Source of the DNA: an uncultured Pirellulales bacterium
GTDB taxonomy: Bacteria > Planctomycetota > Planctomycetia > Pirellulales > JALHLM01
Length of the DNA stretch: 54,395 nt
Assembly (NCBI GenBank): GCA_964618485.1
Contig: CAZUBB010000001.1
Coordinates: forward strand, 1 to 54,395
Direction: 5' to 3'
Shown here one piece after another: positions 23,335 to 30,904 of this stretch. The notes below the pieces were generated by a model. That model was not told where the DNA came from. It saw only the letters and a program-made list of their open reading frames with translations, and did not search any database. How positions within the stretch are numbered: the stretch's first letter is position 1; each line of letters opens with the position of its first letter. A program made the position numbers and the translations under genes.

Positions 23335-24371
23335 CGACAGCGCATCAATTCATCGAGCGATTGACTGGTACGGTTCGCGATGAGCCGTTGTACGGCGACC
23401 GGTGGATTCGCTGCTTATACTCGCCGGCGCTTGAGCGCAGCGGCGCGCTGTTCGCGATGCTCACTGGCCGGCGGTGGAGCCGGTGGATCGCGAGTTGGAA
23501 TTACGACTCGCTGCTGGGGCAGCGCTTCAGCGGCGGGCGGCGCTTTCTGCGGGACATGGCGGTCGATGTAGCGGAATGCCTCGATCCGCCGGAGTCGCTC
23601 GATACGTTGCGGAAGATTTTTGAGCGGCGGATTTGCTATTGGGACTGCCGCCCTATGCCTGAGGATGAACGGACGATTGTGTCTCCGAGCGATGCGCGGA
23701 TGCTGCATGGATCGTTGCGGGAATCATCGCAGCTTTATCTGAAAGAGAAGTTTTTTGATTACGGCGAATTGTTGGGGAGCGAATCGCGATGGCTCGAGAC
23801 GTTTCGCGACGGCGACGCGGCGGTGTTTCGGCTGACGCCGGAGAAGTATCACTACAATCATTGTCCGGTCTCGGGGCGCGTGGCGGCGATTTATCGCGTG
23901 GACGGGCGGTTTCATGCCTGCAATCCGGCGGCGGCGGTGGCCGTGATTACGCCGTACTCGAAGAACGAGCGCGTCGTGACGATCATTGATACCGACGTTC
24001 CGGGGGGAACCGGCGTCGGCAAGGTTGCGATGGTCGAGGTGGCGGCGATGATGATCGGCGATATCGTGCAGGCCTATTGCGCTGCGCGCTACGACGCGCC
24101 GCGCAACATCGAGCCCGGCATGTGGCTGGAGCGGGGGCAGCCGAAGAGCTTGTTCCGGCCAGGGGCGAGCACCGTTGTGCTGCTGTTCGAACGCGGGCGG
24201 GTGGCCTTCGCGGATGATCTCGTGGCGAATCTGCGCCGGCCGGTGCGGAGCCGTTATGCGCTTGGTCTGGGCGTTTCGCTGACGGAAACGGACGTGGCGG
24301 CGCGATCGTTGATCGCGCACGCGGCGAGCGGCGTAGGCGCTTACATGTGCAAACTAGGAGAAACGACGTGA
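23331..24371 (+). CDS. Phosphatidylserine decarboxylase-family protein (atypical GAST processing site)
   Basis: 346 aa. The PSD motif set appears in canonical order: VSPSDA (for SPxDG), RLTPEKYHYNHCPVSG (for RLxPxDYHRxHxPxxG), SKNERVV, VEVAAMMIGDI and LFRPGASTVVLLFE (for GSTV). Confidence 0.8.
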   Translation: MTTAHQFIERLTGTVRDEPLYGDRWIRCLYSPALERSGALFAMLTGRRWSRWIASWNYDSLLGQRFSGGRRFLRDMAVDVAECLDPPESLDTLRKIFERRICYWDCRPMPEDERTIVSPSDARMLHGSLRESSQLYLKEKFFDYGELLGSESRWLETFRDGDAAVFRLTPEKYHYNHCPVSGRVAAIYRVDGRFHACNPAAAVAVITPYSKNERVVTIIDTDVPGGTGVGKVAMVEVAAMMIGDIVQAYCAARYDAPRNIEPGMWLERGQPKSLFRPGASTVVLLFERGRVAFADDLVANLRRPVRSRYALGLGVSLTETDVAARSLIAHAASGVGAYMCKLGETT

Positions 24372-25396
24372 GCAATGCAGTCGTGCTTTCGATGCTCGGC
24401 GGGCTGACGGCGATTGTTTACGCGTGGGCTTTTCGTCACCTGCCGTCGGACGGATGGCAAGTGCTGGCGGCCGTTCCGCGGAGTCGCGATGCGCGCGGCG
24501 AGTGGCGCGGGATGAACCTTACGTGGTATGGGTTCCTCACGGCGAGCGCATACGTGATCGCGGTGATGATCGCCACGTTGCCCGCTTCGCTCGGCGCGGC
24601 GACGGCGCTGGTGGCAATGACGTTGGCGTGCTGCGTGCCGGCCTCGCGTTGGGTTTCTCGAGTGATTGATCGCAAGCCGTACGGCTTCACTGTGGCGGGG
24701 GCGTATACGCTCGGGGCGGCGCTGTTACCGCTCTTCGCGATGGTGATCAATTCGACGGCGGAAGAGTCGCGCATCTTGCTGGGGCCGACGTTGGCGGCGG
24801 CTGGGATTGCGCTGGCGCTGGGGGAAGGAATCGGGCGTCTGGGCTGCATCAGTTTCGGCTGCTGCTATGGGATTCCGCTGGCGGAATGCCCGCCGATGAT
24901 TGCGAAGCTGATTTTCCATCGCGGTTTTCGGTTTCTGGGGGAGACCAAGAAGGCCTCGTACGAAGGTGGGCTTAGCGGCGTGCTGCTGGCGCCGGTGCAG
25001 GCGATGTCGACGGTCGTGTTGACCGTTACGTCGTTCGTGGCGGCGCTCTTGTTCCTGCAGGGCTGGTACCGGGCTTCCTTCGTGACGTCCATCGTCGTCA
25101 GTCAATTGTGGCGGTTTGCCTCAGAACAACTGCGGGCCGATGACCGCGGTGCGGGGCGCATTTCGGCCTATCAGTGGATGGCGCTGGGGCTCGTGGTGCT
25201 GTGTTTGATCGGCGCGCCGTTGATCTCCGTGTCGCCGCCTCCCGCCGTTGGACTGGCGGAAGCTGCGTTGGAGTTGTGGAACCCGCTGGCGCTCGTCGCG
25301 CTTCAAGCGTTGTGGGTGGTGCTGTTTGTCTACACCGGATGCAGCCGCACGACCGCTTCGTCGCTGCGGTTGCACGTGTGCCGCGATAGCGTCTGA
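24347..25396 (+). CDS. Polytopic membrane protein, prolipoprotein diacylglyceryl transferase (Lgt)-like family
   Basis: About 349 aa with 7-8 hydrophobic helices. It has the Lgt-like signature GEGIGRLGCISFGCCYG (compare GRxGNFxNxExxG) and a downstream FASEQLRADDRG (compare the RxxxExxRxxD region). The start is GTG 24347, or GTG 24368, which forms a GTGA overlap with the PSD stop. Confidence 0.55.
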   Translation: MQTRRNDVSNAVVLSMLGGLTAIVYAWAFRHLPSDGWQVLAAVPRSRDARGEWRGMNLTWYGFLTASAYVIAVMIATLPASLGAATALVAMTLACCVPASRWVSRVIDRKPYGFTVAGAYTLGAALLPLFAMVINSTAEESRILLGPTLAAAGIALALGEGIGRLGCISFGCCYGIPLAECPPMIAKLIFHRGFRFLGETKKASYEGGLSGVLLAPVQAMSTVVLTVTSFVAALLFLQGWYRASFVTSIVVSQLWRFASEQLRADDRGAGRISAYQWMALGLVVLCLIGAPLISVSPPPAVGLAEAALELWNPLALVALQALWVVLFVYTGCSRTTASSLRLHVCRDSV

Positions 25397-25451
25397 GCGC
25401 GGCGCTAAGTTCTTTCTTGCTGTACTTTCCGTCCCGCCGCGAGGAATCATC

Positions 25452-26072
25452 GTGAGTCTTGCCACCGATCGCACCGTGAAACCGGACGCGCCGCGCGTGT
25501 CGTTTCTGAGCAAGTTCCGGCAGCATGGCATGCAGGTGGCCATGTTGCGGCCGTCGAGCGCCTATCTGGCGCGGGCGCATTGCGCCTTCGTCACTCCGGA
25601 GCGTCCGCAGACGATCATCGAGCTCGGCGCCGGGACCGGGCCGGTGACCGAGGCGGTTTGCGAGCGGATGCATCCGGAATCGCGGTTGTTTGCGCTGGAG
25701 ATCGACGCGGATTTCGCCGCGGTGCTGCGGGAGCGATGCCCTCGGGCGACGGTGCTGGTGGAGGACGCCGGCAATCTGATCGACATCGCGGTGCGGCATC
25801 ACATCGAGCGGATCGACGTGATGATCTCCTGCCTGGCGCTGCCGTACATTCCGCGCCGCGCCGTGGCGGCGATCTTCGGCGCGTTCGCTGCGCTGGGGAG
25901 CGAGGGGTGGTTCACGCAGCAGACGCTGGTGCCGCTCGTGTACCGGAGGATGTACACGCGGATGTTCGAAGAAGTGCGGTTTCGCGGCGTGGCGCGGAAT
26001 CTTCCGCCTGGGGGCGTGTATCATTGCCGGCGTTTGCGGCCGATGTATCGCGATGTGCTTCCAGGACGATGA
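25452..26072 (+). CDS. Class I SAM-dependent methyltransferase, phospholipid N-methyltransferase-like (COG3963 type)
   Basis: N-terminal FLSKFRQHGMQVAMLRPSSAYLARAH, SAM motif I IIELGAGTGPVTEAV, then LFALEIDADFAAVLRERCPRATVLVEDAGNL. The chosen start is GTG 25452, preceded by GAGGA at 25441-25445. The tracked ORF start (25248) would overlap the previous gene by 149 nt. Confidence 0.7.
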   Translation: MSLATDRTVKPDAPRVSFLSKFRQHGMQVAMLRPSSAYLARAHCAFVTPERPQTIIELGAGTGPVTEAVCERMHPESRLFALEIDADFAAVLRERCPRATVLVEDAGNLIDIAVRHHIERIDVMISCLALPYIPRRAVAAIFGAFAALGSEGWFTQQTLVPLVYRRMYTRMFEEVRFRGVARNLPPGGVYHCRRLRPMYRDVLPGR

Positions 26073-26122
26073 GGCCGGTCGTCTGGCGCGCCGGATAAGC
26101 AAAGGTCGCGATTCAGTGATAC

Positions 26123-26270
26123 GGTGGGTGCCTGGGGCAGGGCCAAGCAGATTGACGTGTCGAAGTCCTATCGACTGGGGCTTCGTCAATTGTGTTCGGA
26201 GTACACCACGATGCCCCAGTGTTTGCGACTTGGCCGTCTCTAACTTTCGCCCCAGCCCCAGGCACCCACC
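26123..26270. repeat. 148-nt nested inverted-repeat element between convergent genes (candidate structured RNA or MITE-like element)
   Basis: The outer arms are perfect 16-bp repeats: GGTGGGTGCCTGGGGC (26123-26138) and GCCCCAGGCACCCACC (26255-26270). Nested inside are GGCCAAG (26141-47)/CTTGGCC (26229-35), ATTGACG (26151-57)/CGTCAAT (26184-90) and GTCGA (26159-63)/TCGAC (26171-75). Confidence 0.55.
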
Positions 26271-26308
26271 TTCTTACTCCAATCAGAAATCTGGGATTCG
26301 ACGTAGCA

Positions 26309-29300
26309 CTAGCGTGGAATTGAACGCGCGAACGCTTGGCGCGTTCTTGGTCTTGCCGAGAACGGCAGGTCTGCAGATGTTACATCAGCGAAAAGCACGT
26401 CCGCGGCGTCGCCAGCATCTGTCCGTTCGCGCCAGGCGATGGTGGTGGCGAAGGCTTGGTCGCGGGCGGTGGATTCGGGCTGTAGAGGTTCGGTTTTCAA
26501 CGGCGCCGTGAGTGATGGGCCGGTCCACGACGTGAGCGGTCCGCGGCGCGTGTTGGCGAAACCGACGCGGCCGAAGTTGTTGCGGACATCGTTCAGGTCG
26601 TTCAGATCGACGACGCCGTCGCCATTGGCGTCCCCAAGGCCTTCGCCGCCGAAGTTGTTGCGGACATTGTTGAGGTCTTCGAGATCGACTTTGTTGTCGT
26701 TGTTCGTATCGCCGGGAAGCGGGCCTTGCACGTCGAAGTGGACCGTGGCGATCGCCGATTGCAGCGTGCCGACCAATTCTAAATCGAAGCTCAGGTCAGA
26801 ACTGTTGCCGGACGATTGATGGATTTCGACGGCGATCACGTTGTCACCGGCGACGAGATCGGCCGGGTCGACGGTGAATTCGATGAATGATTCTTCATCG
26901 GCGTCTTGGATAGCGCTGTTGGCCAGATCATCGAAATCCGCGCCGGCATTCAAGTTGGTGTAGCCGACGAGTTGCCCGTTGAGGAACACGCCGGCGCCGT
27001 CGTCGCGAAGGATGCGCAGCTTGAGCGTGGCGTACTTATCTGGATCATCGATCTGAAAGTGATGGCGGAAGTACGTGGTGATGTATTTCTGCGAACCGTT
27101 CGGGCCGAAATTGACCGTGGCGGTTTCATCGCTGTCGCCATAGCCGAGCTGTGCCGCGCCGGTGGCCCAGGCGCCGTCTGTGAACTCGCGCAGCCGCCAG
27201 GCCGTACCCTGGTTGGAACCGTTATCCAGATAGCGCCACGATGAGCCGAGCGGAACGACGTTCGTCGGCACGCCTTGCACGGCGCGGTACGTGAAGCTGT
27301 CGACGCCGACGAAATCGGCGGCCGGGAAGTAACGGAAGGAACCGTCGGGGTTCAATTCGACCGTGCCGTTGGTTGGCGCGGCCACGAGCGCCGCGCGAAA
27401 TGGATCGAGTTGCGCATCGAAGTCGTTGCCGAGCACGCCCAGGCCGCCGACCACGCGTTCCGTGTTCTTGGTGGCGGTGTAGGCGTCGTCGACCGGCGTG
27501 GGGCGCGTGTCGTCGAGGCGGACGAACTCGATCCAGTTGATGTTGAACAGACTTCCGCCAGCGCCGTGAAATACGAAGAATAACTCGTGGCTGCCGGCGA
27601 CGTGCGTCATCGGCGCGGTGACGTTCTTGTAGATCTGCCAATCGCCCGTGGGAGTGATGTTGGCGGTGCTGATTACCGGTCCGTCTGGAGAATCGATCCG
27701 GGCTTCAATGGTCCCGCCGGCGCCGGCCGAGGCGACGCGATAGCGGATGGCGTCGACGTTCGGCGCGTGAATCGGCGTGAAGGACAGGTAGTCGCCGTCT
27801 TCGATGAAGCCGACGTTTTCGCCTCCGCCGGCGCGGTCTGCGGTGGCTTCGACCTGGATGCCGTTTTGGGAATCGTAGTGCTCCGCCTCGATGCGGCGCG
27901 GTTGCAGCACCGCGGCCTGGCGCGCAGTGAACGGTCCGACGCCCGGCGCGCCGCGATCGGTGTAGCGGGCTTCGACGATGAGGAACAAGTCATCGCCGTC
28001 GCCGCCGTGGTCCGCGGGGGCCTGAATGGTGCCGATGCAGCCGCTGTATTCGTCCAGCGGATGCGAGTGCGTATCGTGCCCCTGGAACAACTGCACAACG
28101 ACGTCGCCGCAGGCAATGCCGCCGTCCTCGGTATTGCCGTCTTCGGCGTCGTAGACCTGCACGCGATAGGTGATGAGATCGCCCCAATCGTAGATCAAAC
28201 CGTCTTGCGGCGCGATCAACGTAATCACGGGCGCAGTGTTGCCAGCGGCGATGGGGACCGTGGCGAGCGCGGTGTGGCCATCGAGATCCGTGACGGTCAG
28301 CGTGGCCGTATAGTTGCCGGCCGTTGTGTAAGTGAACTCCGGGTTGGGTTGTGTGGAATCGACCACGCCGTCGGTGGTGAAGTCCCAAGCGAAGGTGACG
28401 GGGCCGCCGTCGCCGTCGCGCGAGCCCGAGCTCGAGAATTGCACGGTCAACGGCAGCGGGCCTGCTTGTTGGTCGGCGCTCGCGACCGCGATGGGGGGGC
28501 GATCATTGAGCAGGTATTCGATGCGGATCAATTGCGAGTCGGCGTTGTTGCCGCCGAAGCCGGTTCCCCATTCGATCATGTAGATGGCGCCGTCGGGACC
28601 GATCGTCATGTCCATGGGGCGGCGCAGGTCGAGGCTGGGGAGGAACGGATTAATCGCCAGGACGTTGCCAGCGTCATCGAGTTTGATTTCTTTGATCCAG
28701 TTGCGCGACCATTCGTAGATGAACACCGTGTCGTCGTAGTAGCCGGGCAACTTGTTGGGGGAAACGAGGTCGGCGTCGTAGTGGTAGACCGGTCCGCCCA
28801 TCGCCGTGCGCCCGCCGGAACCGAGCTGCGGGAATTGCGGCGAGGTATCGTACGGATACCAAATCCAGGCGGGCTGCGCGGCGGGAAGTTGTTGCGCGCC
28901 GGTGTTATTGGGCGAGTTGTTGATCGGCGCGGCGGGGTTGAACGACGGGCCCGAGGCGCCGGTGGCGAAGTCGTATTCGCGGTACGGCTGGTTATTGCCG
29001 ACGAAATGCGGCCAGCCGAAATTGCCAGCGGCGCGGGCCTGGTTGAACTCATCGTAGCCGCGCGGTCCGCGCGTGGCGTTGTCGCTGCCGGCGTCGGGGC
29101 CGACTTCGCCCCAGTAAAGCCAGCCGGTCTCGGAGTCGACGCTGATCCGGAAGGGATTGCGATTCCCCATGACGTAGATTTCGGGACGCCCGTTGGAACC
29201 GTCAGCGAGGAACAGATTCCCTTCCGGAATTGTGTAGCCTCCTTCGTCCGTGGGGCGAATGCGGCTGATCTTGCCGCGGAGGTCGTTGGGATTGGCCGAG

Positions 29301-30577
29301 CTTTTCTGCGCATCCCAGGCGGAACGGCCAGGGCGCTCGTCGATCGGCGCGAAGCCGTCGGACTCGAAGGGATTGGTGTTGTCGCCGGTGGAAATGTAGA
29401 GTGATCCATCGGGACCAAACGTAAGCGAGCCACCGGAATGGCAGCACTGTTGGCGCTGCGTAGGAATCTCCAGCAGGACGCGCTCGCTCGGCAGATTAAG
29501 TTGCGAACCTTCGAGCGTGAAGCGCGCGACCCGTTGCCGCGCTGCGCCTGATGCGGGGGAATAGAACAGGTAGATCCACTGGGTGGCGTCGAAGTTGGGA
29601 TCGAGCGCGATGCCAAGCAGGCCGTCTTCCTGGCCGGTGAACACGGAGAGCTGGCCGAGTGTGGTTGTGCCGCCGACCGTGGGATCGTAGACCTTGACTG
29701 CGCCGCCGCGCTCGACGAAGAAAACTCGCCCGTCGTTGGCGACGGCGAGTTCCATGGGGTTGTTGGTGTTGCTATCGAGGACGACTTTCTCGAAGTTGCT
29801 CTCGATCGTGGCGCCGCAATCGCCTTCGACGGCGCCGGCGGCCCATTCGATGCCGCCCAGGAGGTGTTGGCGATAGAGCGGTTCGCTGTAGCTCGACGCG
29901 GTGTGGCCCAGGCCGGTGTACCAGGAGCGGCCGCCGTCGTAGGCCTGGCACCAGGAGATGGGGTGATCGTAACCCATCGTGCCGCCGGCGTAGCTGGTTT
30001 CGTCGAGCGTCGCCAGGACATGCACGTTGCCGCGCGGATTGGTGGCGAAGTTGTACCACTCGTCAGTGCGAGCCCATTCGGTCGGGAGACCCGCCGTCGA
30101 GGGATGGGCCTTGTCGAGCACTTGCACCGTGGCGGCCGCGGTGCCAGGGGGATGACTCTGAAAGTAAGCGCCGACCAGTCCGCCGTACCAGGACCAACTG
30201 TATTCGGTGTCGGCCGCTGCATGCACGCCGATATAGCCGTGGCCGGCCTGAACGAAGCGCTCGAAGGCCGCTTGCTGCGCTGCGCTTAAGACGTCGCCGG
30301 TGGTATTGAGGAACACCACGGCTTCGAAATCGGCGAGGCCCGCATCGGTGAAGACAGCGGCGTCTTCGGTGGCCGTGACGTTGAACTCGTGCTCCACGGA
30401 CAGCGCTTGGATGGCGGCGATGCCTTCATCGATGGAATCGTGCCGGAAGCCGGCGGTCTTCGAGAAAACGAGGAGATCGAAGTCGCCATGCAGTAGGCGG
30501 CGATCTTCGAGGAGTTCCAACTGCAACGGCAGACGGGCGCGCAGCAAGCGCGACGCGCGGAGGTGGGAACGCGACAT
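26309..30577 (-). CDS. Multidomain exoprotein: ThuA-like + PQQ-dependent sugar dehydrogenase beta-propeller + PKD + CBM6/35-like + cadherin-like + jelly-roll + dockerin-type repeat pair
   Basis: 1,422 aa. The N-terminus is MSRSHLRASRLLRARLPLQLELLEDRRLLHG. Modules: ThuA-like (LLVFSKTAGFRHDSIDEGIAAI); GSDH-like (GLLGIALDPNF...CCHSGGSLTFGPDGSLYISTGD); PKD (LTVQFSSSGSRDGDGGPVTFAWDF...GNYTATLTVTD); CBM-like (RIEAEHYDSQNGIQVE...INWIEF); dockerin-type (DTNNDNKVDLEDLNNVRNNFG, DANGDGVVDLNDLNDVRNNFG). Confidence 0.9.
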   Translation of the reverse strand: MSRSHLRASRLLRARLPLQLELLEDRRLLHGDFDLLVFSKTAGFRHDSIDEGIAAIQALSVEHEFNVTATEDAAVFTDAGLADFEAVVFLNTTGDVLSAAQQAAFERFVQAGHGYIGVHAAADTEYSWSWYGGLVGAYFQSHPPGTAAATVQVLDKAHPSTAGLPTEWARTDEWYNFATNPRGNVHVLATLDETSYAGGTMGYDHPISWCQAYDGGRSWYTGLGHTASSYSEPLYRQHLLGGIEWAAGAVEGDCGATIESNFEKVVLDSNTNNPMELAVANDGRVFFVERGGAVKVYDPTVGGTTTLGQLSVFTGQEDGLLGIALDPNFDATQWIYLFYSPASGAARQRVARFTLEGSQLNLPSERVLLEIPTQRQQCCHSGGSLTFGPDGSLYISTGDNTNPFESDGFAPIDERPGRSAWDAQKSSANPNDLRGKISRIRPTDEGGYTIPEGNLFLADGSNGRPEIYVMGNRNPFRISVDSETGWLYWGEVGPDAGSDNATRGPRGYDEFNQARAAGNFGWPHFVGNNQPYREYDFATGASGPSFNPAAPINNSPNNTGAQQLPAAQPAWIWYPYDTSPQFPQLGSGGRTAMGGPVYHYDADLVSPNKLPGYYDDTVFIYEWSRNWIKEIKLDDAGNVLAINPFLPSLDLRRPMDMTIGPDGAIYMIEWGTGFGGNNADSQLIRIEYLLNDRPPIAVASADQQAGPLPLTVQFSSSGSRDGDGGPVTFAWDFTTDGVVDSTQPNPEFTYTTAGNYTATLTVTDLDGHTALATVPIAAGNTAPVITLIAPQDGLIYDWGDLITYRVQVYDAEDGNTEDGGIACGDVVVQLFQGHDTHSHPLDEYSGCIGTIQAPADHGGDGDDLFLIVEARYTDRGAPGVGPFTARQAAVLQPRRIEAEHYDSQNGIQVEATADRAGGGENVGFIEDGDYLSFTPIHAPNVDAIRYRVASAGAGGTIEARIDSPDGPVISTANITPTGDWQIYKNVTAPMTHVAGSHELFFVFHGAGGSLFNINWIEFVRLDDTRPTPVDDAYTATKNTERVVGGLGVLGNDFDAQLDPFRAALVAAPTNGTVELNPDGSFRYFPAADFVGVDSFTYRAVQGVPTNVVPLGSSWRYLDNGSNQGTAWRLREFTDGAWATGAAQLGYGDSDETATVNFGPNGSQKYITTYFRHHFQIDDPDKYATLKLRILRDDGAGVFLNGQLVGYTNLNAGADFDDLANSAIQDADEESFIEFTVDPADLVAGDNVIAVEIHQSSGNSSDLSFDLELVGTLQSAIATVHFDVQGPLPGDTNNDNKVDLEDLNNVRNNFGGEGLGDANGDGVVDLNDLNDVRNNFGRVGFANTRRGPLTSWTGPSLTAPLKTEPLQPESTARDQAFATTIAWRERTDAGDAADVLFADVTSADLPFSARPRTRQAFARSIPR

Positions 30578-30829
30578 GACCTGCTTCTCCTCTGGCCTCA
30601 GCGAGCGCCGCGAGAACTGAGGCTACTGCGATGTGGGCGATGCGATGACTTCGCAAAAGGGACGCGGGCGGCGACTCGATTGCTGAATATAAACGCCCGG
30701 AAAGTCGAGAAGAAAGCAAAAAGACTTGTTAGGATTTGATGTGGTCGATCGCCCGCCCGGCGAGGTGGAGCGACAGATGCGAACTACCGCATGGGGACGG
30801 GATGCAGCGAACTGGCGGAAAAACGGTCG

Positions 30830-30859
30830 TTGAGCGATGGATCGGGGCCCTCGTATAAT
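30830..30859 (+). promoter_or_regulatory. Candidate sigma-70-type promoter (TTGAGC-18-TATAAT) for the CotH-family gene
   Basis: TTGAGC at 30830-30835 and a perfect TATAAT at 30854-30859. A purine-rich GGGGGGAGAGG ends 4 nt before the ATG at 30905. Confidence 0.45.
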
Positions 30860-30904
30860 CGGGCGGCGCGGACAGGGACGAGGCATCCAGGGGGGAGAGG
30901 CTTG

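Noticed and set aside
25248-25451. An upstream extension of the methyltransferase ORF that overlaps the Lgt-like gene by 149 nt
   Set aside because: The overlapping part translates as Cys/Arg/Trp-rich sequence with no similarity to the methyltransferase family. The GTG at 25452 has a GAGGA box upstream and precedes the conserved N-terminal block.
26053-26511. A 152-aa plus-strand ORF spanning the nested inverted repeat and the 3' end of the 1,422-aa gene
   Set aside because: It has no motifs. It runs across a convergent intergenic region and antisense into a well-supported CDS, and the nested inverted repeats explain the sequence better.
27587-29404. A 605-aa plus-strand ORF antisense to the ThuA-dehydrogenase gene. 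Comparable antisense ORFs lie at 31721-32791 and 33302-34804 opposite the CotH gene, and at 43708-45189 opposite the GNAT gene.
   Set aside because: Their composition is low-complexity Arg/Gly/Val-rich. In each case the opposite strand carries clear domain signatures, so these are GC-bias artefacts.
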